Source of the DNA: a virus
Taxonomy: Duplodnaviria > Heunggongvirae > Uroviricota > Caudoviricetes
Direction: 5' to 3' (one strand)
DNA: 64,000 bases
IMG/VR virus record: IMGVR_UViG_3300046642_001000
Location: 39,935-103,934 of that record
This document shows, in pieces, positions 18,173-28,800 of the stretch. Positions within the stretch are counted from its first letter, which is position 1; each line of letters starts with the position of its first letter. The notes under the pieces were generated by a model. It saw only the letters and a list, made by a program, of their open reading frames with translations. It made no database searches and was not told where the DNA came from. The position numbers and the translations under genes are program-made.

Positions 18173-20632
18173 ATGGCGCTCAAGCTATTCTCAGGACTCG
18201 GACTGTTCAGCCATCCCTTCGATGTCGAGGGGCAGGCTTCGTCCGCCGTCATCCAAGGAAGTCCGCTCTTCGGGACTTCGAACGCGACCATCACGGTCGA
18301 TCACGTCGCCACGCCCGTGCTCGGGAACATGGGAATCCCGAGCATGATCAACAAGGTGTTCCCGTCGCTTCCGAGCCCGATCACCGTCTTCTCCCCGCCG
18401 CCGCGTCTTCCCGCCCCGCTCTCATCGAGCCCCAGCCAGATCGGACCGGGAGCCCCGTCGTTCATCACGACCACTCCGGCGGTACAGCCAGAGCTGGTCT
18501 CCATGGAGTCCGGTCCGGCGACCTTCGAGACGATCTATCATGATTTCGACATCGAGGTCTTCCCGACCTACAACTTCTGGGTCCCGGATGAGCTGAACGA
18601 CGACACCCAGGCCGTCGGCGACCGGAAGATGGAAGACATCCCTCGGTTCAACCGCATCGTGTGGAACTCGGCTCCTGACCTGGCGAAGCAGTACGCCGTC
18701 AAGCCGGCGACCAACAAGCGGGACGACACCAAGCCCATCCAGTTCGGGACGGAACTGCGTCGTCCGACCGCGGTCACCACCAAGGGCATCAAGTTCACCC
18801 CGCAACACCTGAACGACTTCGCTCTCATCAAGCAGAGCCTGGCGAACGGGCACATCAGCCCCGGTACCATCCACGCCGTCGTGGACATGCCGAGCAACAC
18901 CTCGGGGATCAGCCATCCGGTGGTCTCTACGGAGCCCTACGCCTACCTGGACGAGGACACGTTCCTCCAGCACCCTGACTTTGCCGGCATCTCCTTCGAA
19001 GAGATGAAGGCCAACATCCACTCGCTGACCAACGGTGTCATGTACGCTGGCCGTGTGAACAACGAAGCCATCTCGGCGGGCAAGACGGACGACAAGACCA
19101 ACCTGTTCTCGGGGAAGTTCTCGATCGAAAAGCCCCCGACCCAGGGTGGTTTCATGTTCATCCAGGGTGTCCACGCCTCCAGCCCGCCGCTGGGGTTCAA
19201 GGCGAGGACCGCCAGCTCCGGAGAGTCCATGGCCATCGCTGTGGACCCGATCCTGGAACACCTGCAGAAGATCCAGGCGCCCGAAATCCAGATCCCGGTG
19301 GACACCTCCACCCAGATCCGGGCCAAGTTCATCATGCCGAGCATCGGTGGTCTCCTCCAGCCGGAGAAGATCAACACCATGCAGACCCCGGAGCACGCGG
19401 AGAACGCCGTGGCGCTGGCCCAGTTCCTCCCGAACCTGGAGGTCCTCCACGCTTCCGGCCTTCAGAACCACCCACGGCAGATCGAGATCCCGGGATTCGC
19501 GTCCCCGCCGGGCCTCTCCCACATCGAGTACGTGGGTTACGTCCTGGAGAAGTACGAGCGGAACTCGAGCGGGGCCTTCGTCCTGAAGGAGACGATCGAC
19601 CTTCCCCACATCGACCTCAACACGTACATCGATTCGAAGATCAAGTACGCGCAGGTCTACCGCTACCGTATCCGGGCCATCCTCCGCTGGACCCGTCCGA
19701 GCTACATGGGCGTCATGGGACCGGAACCGACCTTGTTCTCAGGCCACACCAGCCAGACGCAGGCCCTCGCCCCGTACCGCAGCTCCTATTTCAACGGGGA
19801 ATGGAGCAAGACCTGGGCGTACGGCATCGTCATGGACACCGTCGCTCCCTCTCCTCCGGACGAGATGACGGTCCGCCCGGACTCCGCCCGGAAGCAGATC
19901 GTGGTGAACTTCAAGCTCCCCCTGAACCAGCAGCGGGACATCTACTACATGCGCCTCTTCAGGAAGCTCCAGGACCAGAACGGGTCGGACCTGACGGGCT
20001 GGATGGAGATCGGGAGCAAGTGGGGACCGGAGAACGTCCTCTTCTACGACACGGACGTGGACTTCTTCCAGAAGAACCACATCCGGTACGTGTACGCGGC
20101 CCAGACCTTCACCAGGCACAACGAATACAGCCCCCTCTCAGACCAACTGGCGACCCGCCTGAACCAGGACTACAACACCTATGGTGAGTATGGGGTCGAT
20201 TTCGTGAGCCAGGCTGGAGTGAAGCTGGAACTTCACGGTGCGTTCGCCACCTACCCGTTCCGGAGGTTCTACACGGAGACGGTTGTCCCGAACGACGCTC
20301 CCTTCACTTTCGCGGGCCGAGAGGCCAACGGCAACATCGCCCTGGACAACTCGCAGTACTACGTACGTCTGGAGTCTCTGGACACGGGGGAGATCAAGAC
20401 CTACCCGATCCAGCTGGTCTACAACAACCAGAAGACCCGGGTAGAGAACCAGAAGGTGGCGGTGGTGGTACCTTCCATGAAGATGCCGACCGCCAGACCG
20501 CAGCCGGTGGGCAAGAACCCGACCCCGCCGCCAGTCTTCCGGGACTGGATCCCGAACCAGAACCTTCCGAAGACCGCTTCGTCCCTGAAGGCTACGGCGA
20601 AGAAGGTGTTTATGCCGCAGGGTATCAAGTAG
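18173..20632 (+). CDS. Virion protein with FN3-like segments
   Basis: 819 aa; 'YVLEKY..YIDSKIKYAQVYRYRIRA', 'DTVAPSPP' motifs. Confidence 0.6.
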   Translation: MALKLFSGLGLFSHPFDVEGQASSAVIQGSPLFGTSNATITVDHVATPVLGNMGIPSMINKVFPSLPSPITVFSPPPRLPAPLSSSPSQIGPGAPSFITTTPAVQPELVSMESGPATFETIYHDFDIEVFPTYNFWVPDELNDDTQAVGDRKMEDIPRFNRIVWNSAPDLAKQYAVKPATNKRDDTKPIQFGTELRRPTAVTTKGIKFTPQHLNDFALIKQSLANGHISPGTIHAVVDMPSNTSGISHPVVSTEPYAYLDEDTFLQHPDFAGISFEEMKANIHSLTNGVMYAGRVNNEAISAGKTDDKTNLFSGKFSIEKPPTQGGFMFIQGVHASSPPLGFKARTASSGESMAIAVDPILEHLQKIQAPEIQIPVDTSTQIRAKFIMPSIGGLLQPEKINTMQTPEHAENAVALAQFLPNLEVLHASGLQNHPRQIEIPGFASPPGLSHIEYVGYVLEKYERNSSGAFVLKETIDLPHIDLNTYIDSKIKYAQVYRYRIRAILRWTRPSYMGVMGPEPTLFSGHTSQTQALAPYRSSYFNGEWSKTWAYGIVMDTVAPSPPDEMTVRPDSARKQIVVNFKLPLNQQRDIYYMRLFRKLQDQNGSDLTGWMEIGSKWGPENVLFYDTDVDFFQKNHIRYVYAAQTFTRHNEYSPLSDQLATRLNQDYNTYGEYGVDFVSQAGVKLELHGAFATYPFRRFYTETVVPNDAPFTFAGREANGNIALDNSQYYVRLESLDTGEIKTYPIQLVYNNQKTRVENQKVAVVVPSMKMPTARPQPVGKNPTPPPVFRDWIPNQNLPKTASSLKATAKKVFMPQGIK

Positions 20633-20689
20633 TCTTAGTCGATTTTGGGCTGAGAAGAATACTTAATCTCAGCCCTAGGAGAAAAAGAG

Positions 20690-21406
20690 ATGGGATTTCA
20701 GGACAACAGTGGAGAGATCTTCATCGACGCGGTCCTCACAGACCTCGGTCGAGAGAAGCTTGCCCGAAACGACGGCAGCTTCGCGATCGTGCGTTGGAGG
20801 TGCGGAGATGACGAGATCGACTACCGCTTCTGGAACGAGCTGACCGGCTCGGATTCCAAGGATCGTAAGATCTTGGACACCCCCGTCTTCGAGGCATTCA
20901 CCAACGAGAACTTCGCTCTGAAGTACCCGCTGGTGACCATCCGGAACGCCCGGCTCCAGTACCTCCCCGAGATGCAGTCGAAGCCGTCTTCCGTCACCCT
21001 CAAGGAGCAGACGGACTCGGTCGGCGGTGGCGTCTCGGTCATCGTCAGTCAGCAGATCGCCCGAAGCCAGACGATCCTCCCGGCCGAGATCGTGGACGTG
21101 AACTACTCCGTGGAGCTGGACAACGACATCATCTTCGTCTCCGACCAGATCCCGGTCTCGATCACTCCCTTCGGCACGGCGAAGTACATCGTTCCGGCCG
21201 ACTCGGGGATCCAGACCGCCGCCGGCGGCACCCAGTGCACGTTCAACCTCCGTGTCCAGACTCTGACCACCGAGATCTTCGACACGATGGTCGGCGCCCA
21301 GGTCGCGAAGCCCCGAACCATCAACACCACGGTCGTCGTCACCGGACAGCAGTCGGGCCTCTCGGTCCGAGTCCCGGTCTCGGTGGTCGAGTTCGCGACT
21401 TCGTAA
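20690..21406 (+). CDS. Large-phage virion protein
   Basis: 238 aa, SD AGGAG, N-terminus paralogous to 11794. Confidence 0.7.
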   Translation: MGFQDNSGEIFIDAVLTDLGREKLARNDGSFAIVRWRCGDDEIDYRFWNELTGSDSKDRKILDTPVFEAFTNENFALKYPLVTIRNARLQYLPEMQSKPSSVTLKEQTDSVGGGVSVIVSQQIARSQTILPAEIVDVNYSVELDNDIIFVSDQIPVSITPFGTAKYIVPADSGIQTAAGGTQCTFNLRVQTLTTEIFDTMVGAQVAKPRTINTTVVVTGQQSGLSVRVPVSVVEFATS

Positions 21407-21418
21407 GGAGAAGACCCA

Positions 21419-22414
21419 GTGAGCTTTAAGACATTCGATCTGGCACACGACGTCGCCTCCGTCATCTCGGCAATCAACGAGGTGGTCTCGGTCTCGTCGT
21501 CGATCTATGCCAACGACCTAAACGTGAAGTTCTTCACGAACATCGCGTCCGCCTCGGCGGGAACAGACCTCGGCGGGTACTGGGAGTCGGTCTACGACTC
21601 CAGCCCGACCTCGTCGCTGTCCACCGCCCTGATGGACTTCACGTACGGCTACCACACCAGCTCGCTGTTCAACTTGCCGGTCACGGTCTCTTCGTCCCAG
21701 AACGAGAAGATCAAGATCTACCGCATGATGGCCAGCACGCTGCTCGGTGATCCGAACGCGCAGTTCGTCATCAACAACACGACCCAGCCCGAGTGCTTCT
21801 TCATCATGGTGAAGCGCAACATCTCGAAGGACGAGATCAAGAAGGGAGCGACCTCGCTGGTGTTCAACACGACCGCCGTCCCCGGACAGTTCTCCGGCTC
21901 GGACGACGGCGCGGCCACCAGCTTCAAGCAGGGACCGGGCGGAGACTACGCCCCGCTGAAGTACAACGCCACCGGCTCCGAAGTCGGCCAGGTGTGGTAC
22001 AACGCCGGCGTCATCATCATCCCGGACGGCACCTACCCGGCGTCGCAGACGTGGTCCGGCACCGTCAACCTGAACCAGGCCGAGGCGTCGTCCTCGATCA
22101 ACCAGCTGGTCGACGGGTTCCGCAAGGTGATCGACAAGATCAACTTCCACAACCAGACCAACCTGTTCAGCACGGCGTACTTCTGCCGCGCAGAGAACAC
22201 GGAGTTCAACTACTCCTCCAACCCCACCTTCGTGGACGACAACCAGCGTATCCGAGTCACGTCGGGTTCGAACATCCTGCAGACCAGGACGTACATCACG
22301 ACGATCGGTCTGTACGACTCGAACGACAACCTGCTGGCGGCGGCGAAGGTCAACAAGCCCATCACGAAGTCCCCGGACAACGAGGGCATCTTCCGCATCC
22401 GGCTGGACTATTAA
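21419..22414 (+). CDS. Large-phage virion protein
   Basis: 331 aa; C-terminal 'FNYSSNPTF..TYITTIGLYD..LLAAAKVNKPI.K..RIRLDY' shared with 22433. Confidence 0.7.
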   Translation: MSFKTFDLAHDVASVISAINEVVSVSSSIYANDLNVKFFTNIASASAGTDLGGYWESVYDSSPTSSLSTALMDFTYGYHTSSLFNLPVTVSSSQNEKIKIYRMMASTLLGDPNAQFVINNTTQPECFFIMVKRNISKDEIKKGATSLVFNTTAVPGQFSGSDDGAATSFKQGPGGDYAPLKYNATGSEVGQVWYNAGVIIIPDGTYPASQTWSGTVNLNQAEASSSINQLVDGFRKVIDKINFHNQTNLFSTAYFCRAENTEFNYSSNPTFVDDNQRIRVTSGSNILQTRTYITTIGLYDSNDNLLAAAKVNKPITKSPDNEGIFRIRLDY

Positions 22415-22432
22415 GCCCGGGAGGGCTCCCGG

Positions 22433-24262
22433 GTGAGCGTCTACTTCAAGTTCGAAGAGAAGGACATCCTTTGGGCGGTCGTAACAACCACCCCCAGGAT
22501 CGTCCTTGCTTCGGGCTCGGCGGGCTGGCACGGCAACATCGGACCGTCCAGCTCACTGAGCCTGTACGAAGGCGTGCGCGCCCGTACTGACGTCTACAAC
22601 GGCGCTCCCTCCGGCATCAACCTCTACCCCCTCGACCCGGTCGACACCAACTCGATCGACAAGGTCATCTTCGTCTCCGGCAGCTACCCGTCCACCGGCT
22701 CCGTCCACTTCGTCAAGGCCCGCAACACGGACGTCGGAGGGGTCGCTGGCGCGGCAGACTTCCTGATCACCAGCGACGACTGGTACCAAGAGCACTTCAA
22801 CCCGGTCGTCGGACTCTTCGACTACTACTCGCGGGTCAACAGCCAGTACTTCACGGGGTCCTACGACTTCTACTCGTTGTTCTTCTGGCAGACCCTTCCC
22901 CGCACAGGATCGTTCGTCACGTTCTCCGGCAGCCTCCTGCCGACGGTCAGCTCAAGCTTCACCCTGGAGGTCCAGGCGAAGCCGATGCACGTGACCGGCA
23001 GCAACGACTTTGTCCTCCAGTCCCAGAAGGGACGCTTCAAGTTCTACATCACCGGCTCCACCGGCCAGCTGGCCTTCTCGGACGGGGCGACCATCCTGAC
23101 CTCCTCCGTGGCGCTTCAACGTGGCGTATGGGCAGACTGCCTGTTCGTGGCCAACGGGTCCTCGGCGTCCTTCTACATCAACACCGGTAGCGCGGGTACG
23201 TACGCCTATACGGGTACGCTCGCGGTTCCTCTGACAGCATCGGGGTTCCTCGTGGTGGGGTCTGAGCTGATCACCAGCTCGTCGGTCACCGGCGTGGGGA
23301 CATCCTCCTTCACGGCCTCGACCCTCTTCCCGTTCAACTCCTACTTCGGGTACATCTACGACTCGAGGATCTGGAGCCGGGCCCTGACCCAGGCGCAGGT
23401 CTCTGGGACCTGGAACCAGGTGAACCTCACCTCCGGTTCGGATCCGACCTTCGTCCACTACGCCAGGTTCAACGACGGACCGCAGGGGCACGCCCACCCG
23501 TACGTCCAGGGATCGGGCGCCTTCGACTACGGGTTCGGAGCCAGCCCGTTGCATGGGGACTTCCACAACTTCAACATCGCCCTCCCGGTCTCACCGACCT
23601 GGCAGCCGGTGGACAATCCCAACTCCATCGGGACCCTGACCAGAATCGATGACGAGGTGGACTTCTTCAGGATCGTCCACGTCCCGTCCATGTTCTACGG
23701 CAGACAGATCGCCACCGGTTCGGTGTACATGGTCTGCAACGCCTACATGAACAAGGGCATCCAGCGCGTGGTCCAGGACGACGGGCATGGTCGCCTGTAC
23801 GTCTCCGGCTCTATGACCCGGCAGGTCTCTGGAGAGAACTTCACCGGCCTGAGGTGGAACAAGGTCGGCAACGTGTTCTACAACGAGGGCCTGATCGTCA
23901 TCACGGACCCCAGCTTCTTCGACTTCGGAGCCATCGGTCGAGACGCCAGCCTCGCGTTCCCGGACACCCTCCAGATCGCGTTCTCCGGCCAGGAGAAGCT
24001 GACCACCAAGGTCTTCCAGTGCAGGATCGGAGCGGGCAAGGCGAACGGGTCCAACAACCCGACGTTCAGCTCTCTCAACATGGACCCGAAGAGCCAGTTC
24101 TACAACAAGCACATGGTGAAGAACTCTCCTCCGACCACCTGGATCTCCGCGGTCGGAATCTACAACGAGGACCACAAGCTCGTCGCCGTCGCCAAGCTCG
24201 CCTCTCCCATCCGTAAGCGCGAAAAGGACAAGCTCCTCATTCGCCTACGTATGGACTTTTAG
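22433..24262 (+). CDS. Virion protein with a LamG domain and a C-terminus shared with 21419
   Basis: 'SSFTLEVQAKP', 'YFGYIYDSRIWSRALT' LamG pattern; C-terminal 'TWISAVGIYN..LVAVAKLASPIRK..IRLRMDF'. Confidence 0.7.
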   Translation: MSVYFKFEEKDILWAVVTTTPRIVLASGSAGWHGNIGPSSSLSLYEGVRARTDVYNGAPSGINLYPLDPVDTNSIDKVIFVSGSYPSTGSVHFVKARNTDVGGVAGAADFLITSDDWYQEHFNPVVGLFDYYSRVNSQYFTGSYDFYSLFFWQTLPRTGSFVTFSGSLLPTVSSSFTLEVQAKPMHVTGSNDFVLQSQKGRFKFYITGSTGQLAFSDGATILTSSVALQRGVWADCLFVANGSSASFYINTGSAGTYAYTGTLAVPLTASGFLVVGSELITSSSVTGVGTSSFTASTLFPFNSYFGYIYDSRIWSRALTQAQVSGTWNQVNLTSGSDPTFVHYARFNDGPQGHAHPYVQGSGAFDYGFGASPLHGDFHNFNIALPVSPTWQPVDNPNSIGTLTRIDDEVDFFRIVHVPSMFYGRQIATGSVYMVCNAYMNKGIQRVVQDDGHGRLYVSGSMTRQVSGENFTGLRWNKVGNVFYNEGLIVITDPSFFDFGAIGRDASLAFPDTLQIAFSGQEKLTTKVFQCRIGAGKANGSNNPTFSSLNMDPKSQFYNKHMVKNSPPTTWISAVGIYNEDHKLVAVAKLASPIRKREKDKLLIRLRMDF

Positions 24263-24287
24263 ACCAACAGAGAACACTATTTATCCC

Positions 24288-24875
24288 GTGATATACGGGT
24301 GGGATGTGTCTACGGCTATCGTCGGATTCTCCGCGTTCACCAACGCGGGGAAGTGGGTCTCGTCTCATCACTGCGACCTCCGCAAGGCGGACGACGTGTT
24401 CGACGACAAGGCCTCGGTCCTGAACTACAAGGCGGATCGGGTGCGAGAGTTCGTCGAGGAGATGTTCGACAAGTACTCGGACCCGGAGGGCGACTGCCAC
24501 TTCGTGGAAGACAAGCTCGCCGGTTTCTCTGGCGGGGGATCGAACGCCGGAACCATCATGCGCCTGGCCGCGTTCAACGCCATGGTGTGCTGGATGATCT
24601 GGTGCCAGTGGCGGGGGGTTGGTCACATCGGCGCGATCCACCCGTCGACCGTCAAGGCGAACATGAAGACCCAGGGACTGATCATCCCCAAGGGCGGGGA
24701 CAAGAAGGAGCTCACCCTGAACTGGGTGCGGGCTCACGAGAAGGACTTCCCCATCGAACTGAACCGGAATGACAATCCCCAGCCATATTGCTATGATATG
24801 GCAGACGCCTACATTACTGCTAGAGCGGGCTACCTGCTCAGGAAGAAATTCTGTCAGCATGCGCCAAGAAGTTAA
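24288..24875 (+). CDS. RuvC-like (RNase H fold) Holliday junction resolvase
   Basis: 'IYGWDVST', 'FVED', 'HPSTVKA', 'DMADA' give the D-E-D-D acidic set typical of RuvC-like nucleases. Confidence 0.7.
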   Translation: MIYGWDVSTAIVGFSAFTNAGKWVSSHHCDLRKADDVFDDKASVLNYKADRVREFVEEMFDKYSDPEGDCHFVEDKLAGFSGGGSNAGTIMRLAAFNAMVCWMIWCQWRGVGHIGAIHPSTVKANMKTQGLIIPKGGDKKELTLNWVRAHEKDFPIELNRNDNPQPYCYDMADAYITARAGYLLRKKFCQHAPRS

Positions 24876-25824
24876 GCTCGCCGCCCTGAGGACCGCCCTC
24901 CGTCAAGAGGGAGAGGTCAAGGGCGACGAGGTGGTATTCTTCTGTCCGGATCCTCCGATCGGACACGGGAATCCGCGAAACAGGCCGATGGGCCAGCTCA
25001 GTGTGAACCTGAAGACAGACTGGTTCAATTGCTGGAGCTGCGGGTTCAAGGGCCGGAACATCTATCGGCTCCTCACGGTCCGTGGCAAGACCAAGGCCTC
25101 CCAGGAATATCTCGAGGAGATGGAGGACACCCGCGTCGGTTCTCGCCGGTGTATGGTCATCGACGTACCGGAGAAGGTGTACGACCCTCCGGCTCTCCCA
25201 CCGGAGTTCAAGTCCCTCTCAGTGACCTCCAGAAGCCCCTACTACAAGCAGGCCATGGCCTACATGGGGCGGAGGGGCCTGGACCTCTCCGACGTGCTCC
25301 GGTGGAAGCTGGGCTACTGTGAGAACGGGGAGATGGCGGGACGCATCATCATCCCAAGCTTCGACGAGTATGGCGAGCTGAACTTCTGCGTGGGCCGGAC
25401 ATTCTATGACCATGAGCCCTATCGCTACAAGCCGTATCCGATGCACCAGTGCAAGGACATCGTTTGGAACGACTACCTAGTCGACTGGACCCAACCTGTT
25501 GTCGTCACTGAAGGTCCGTTCGACGCCTTCGTCGCATCTGACAACGCGACGATCCTCCAGGGAACCATCTTGCCGGAGTCGCTCGTCCGGAAGATCGTCC
25601 TCAGCGGGGTGGACGTCTATTTTGCCATGGACGCGGACGCCTTCAAGCGTCAGCTGCAGTACATAGAACTTTTCCTCTCATACGGAATCGGGTGCCGCTA
25701 CATCAGCACCCGAGGGAAGAAGGACCTTGGAGCCATGACCAAGACAGAATTTCAAGAGCGGAAGAAGTCCGCCATGCTCGTCAGGAATGAGCTCGATATC
25801 CTGAAGATGAGGGTGATGGCTTGA
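24859..25824 (+). CDS. DNA primase-like protein (Zn finger + TOPRIM)
   Basis: 'FFCP..H..FNCWSCG' Zn finger, 'GRIIIP', 'VVVTEGPFDA', 'AMDADA', 'KDLG'. Start moved to ATG 24859 because the track's upstream extension overlaps the RuvC-like gene. Confidence 0.75.
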   Translation: MRQEVKLAALRTALRQEGEVKGDEVVFFCPDPPIGHGNPRNRPMGQLSVNLKTDWFNCWSCGFKGRNIYRLLTVRGKTKASQEYLEEMEDTRVGSRRCMVIDVPEKVYDPPALPPEFKSLSVTSRSPYYKQAMAYMGRRGLDLSDVLRWKLGYCENGEMAGRIIIPSFDEYGELNFCVGRTFYDHEPYRYKPYPMHQCKDIVWNDYLVDWTQPVVVTEGPFDAFVASDNATILQGTILPESLVRKIVLSGVDVYFAMDADAFKRQLQYIELFLSYGIGCRYISTRGKKDLGAMTKTEFQERKKSAMLVRNELDILKMRVMA

Positions 25825-28800
25825 GAATCGCCCACATCAGCGACGTCCACATCCGGAACCTGAAGTTCCACCAGGACTACCGTCGTGTGTTCGACAACCT
25901 GTACAAGAAGCTCGAAGAACTCAAGCCCGACCTGGTGGTGAACACAGGAGACACTGCCCACACCAAGACACAGATCTCACCGGAGTTCGTAGAGATGACC
26001 TCGGAGCACATCCGAAAGGTCATCGAGATTGCGCCGTACCACATCATCCTCGGCAACCATGACCTCAACCTCATGAACTCCGACCGGCAGGACGCGATCA
26101 CCCCGATCGTGGACTCCATCGGAGACGAACGCGTCCACCTCCACAAGAAGAGCGGACTCGTCGAGGTCCAGCTAAAGCACGAGGACGACCCATTCAACTT
26201 CTGGGTCTTCGGCATCGGTGACTCAGAGAACTACCCGACCCCCGAGCAGTGGGCCAAGTATAAGGAGCGCACGAACATCGGCCTGTTCCACGGGTCGATC
26301 GCTCGCTGTCTCACGGACTCGAACTGGCGGATGACCCACACGGAACACGACCTCTCGATCTTCGAGGGTCTGGACTACGTGCTCATGGGAGACATCCACA
26401 AGCAGCAGTTCATGGACCAGGAGAAGCGGGTCGGCTACGCCGGCTCTCTCATCCAGCAGAACTTCGGTGAGGACATCAACAAGGGTTTCCTGGTCTGGGA
26501 CATCGAGGACAAGGACAACCACAAGACCTTCCCGGTCTTCCTGTCCGGAGCCAGGAAGTTCTACACGGTCAAGCTCGACGAGGAGCTGAAGCTCCCCGAG
26601 ATCGAGTTGGAGGCCAACGCTAGGATCCGAGTCAGCCCTCCCCGCCAGCTCACCCTGGTGGAACAGAAGGAGATCGAGCGCCAGGTCCGGAAGCGGTACA
26701 ACCCGCACGACGTCATCACCCTTTCAGCTGGCCATGTGGCCATGGACCAGACGAAAGTCGGCAAGAAGATGATCGGGACGGAGAACCTCCGTCAGCTTGC
26801 GGTCCAGGAACGGCTCCTGAGGGACTGGCTGAAGCGCCATGGGATCGGCGAAAAGCACATAGAGCTCTGCCTGGAGCTCAACCGGAAGTACCAGGTGAGC
26901 TTCGAGCAGGAGGACGAGTGCGCTCGGAACATCTCCTGGCGACTCAACGCGATCCTCTGGTCCAACATGTTCAATTACGGCGAGAACAACGTCGTGGACT
27001 TCAACAACATCAAGGGCCTGACGGGCATCTTCGCCGAGAACAGCAAGGGCAAGTCCTCCTTCATCGACGTCATCATGGAGGCATTGTACGACAAGGTCAC
27101 GAAGAACGTCTCGAAGAACCTCCACATGATCAACGACAACAAGGACGTGGCGTCCATGGTTGCCGACATCACGGCGGAGGACAAGAACTACAGCATCGAG
27201 CGGAAGATCGACCGCGTCAAGTACGGTAAGATGAAGTTCAACGGGGACGAGAAGGAGTGGGGCAAGACGTCCTGCGACTTCTACGTCACCGATCCACAGG
27301 GCGTGAAGGAGTCCCTGAACGCCGACCTGCGTCCGGGAACGGAGCGGAACATCCGCCAGCGTCTCGGAAACTATGACGACTTCATGTTGACCAGCCTGAC
27401 CTCGCAGGTCAACACGATGGACATCATCAACTGCAAGGAGACGGACCGGAAGAAGATCCTCTACAAGTTCCTCGACCTGGACATCTTCGAGCTGAAGGGT
27501 CTCAAGGCGAAGGACGATTCCCGTGAGTGGTACACCAAGCTCGGCAACCTGGAAGACTCCGGGGTGCAGGAGCACGTCGCCAAGTACCGTTCCCGGGCGG
27601 CCACCATTTCTGGTGAGATCACCTTGCTGGAACTGGAGATGGAGAAGTCCAAGGCCCAGCAGAAGGCCCTGAACGACCAGGTAGTGTCTCTCAGTTCCCA
27701 AAAGGTGAAGGTGGACCTACACCCGGAGACGCTCGCGCAGGCGCAGGCCAAGATCAAGGCGGCCAACGGGAGCCTGGTGCTGCTCCGCGAGAAGATCTCG
27801 GCCAAGCAGGCCGAGCTGCTGGACTACGAGACCAGACTGTCCAAGATCGTGGAGGTCACGAACCTGGCGGAGCTCAAGGCGGCCTCGGACCGCTACTTGG
27901 ACATCAGGAACGAGCTGCAGCCGGTCGTGAGCCGACGTGAGAAGGCAGAGCAGACCCTCCAGCTCCACAAGAAGAAGCTCCCGCTCCTGAAGGAAGTCCC
28001 GTGCGGGGACCAGTTCCCGGAGTGCAAGTTCCTGGTGGACGCCTTCAACTCCCAGAAGAAGATCCCCTCGTGGGAAGAGGACCTCGCCGAGATACGGGTG
28101 GAAGAGGCCGCCCTCCGGGAAGAGCACAAGAAGGTAGAGCCGCTCTCGAAGCAATACACCGAGGAGCTCAGCAAGATCCAGCGTCGGGCCATGTTGCTGG
28201 CCGAACAGAAGAACGGGAAGCTGGAGCTGGAGAACCTGAGCCTGAAGGTCAAGGACTTCGAGGCCAAGAAGGTGAACGCCCAGGCGGAGATCGACCGGGC
28301 AGCGGAGGCGCAGGCCTCTCTCCTCCGGAACCAGGAGCTGGAGGAACAGATCGGGCAGCTGGTCGAAGAGAAGGAGGCGGAGGAACGGTCCGGCTCCAAG
28401 ATGCAGGGTCGGCTCAACGAGCTGAACCACGAGCGTGGCGGCCAGGAGACCATCCTGGCGAAGCTGGAAGCCGAGCTCTCGATCCTGCAGGACGTCAAGG
28501 ACCGTTGCACGGCCTTCGAACACTTCATTTCGGCCATGGGCAAGGACGGGATCGCGTACGACATCCTGACGCAGAAGCTGCCGGTCATCAACGAGGAGAT
28601 CAACAAGATCCTCGGGAACTCGGCGGACTTCGGCGTGGTGATCGAACACGACCCCGAGGAGCAGAGCATCCGCCTCTACCTTCAGTACGGGGAGTACAAG
28701 CCCCGCATCCTGGAGCTTGGCGGTGGCGCAGAGAAGATGCTGGCCTCGGTCGCCATCCGGACCGCGTTGCTCTCGATCTCGAACCTGCCAAAGACAAACA

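Noticed and set aside
22415-22434. GC hairpin GCCCGGGAG..CTCCCGGGT as a terminator
   Set aside because: No U-tract and it overlaps the next GTG start; at most a translational modulator
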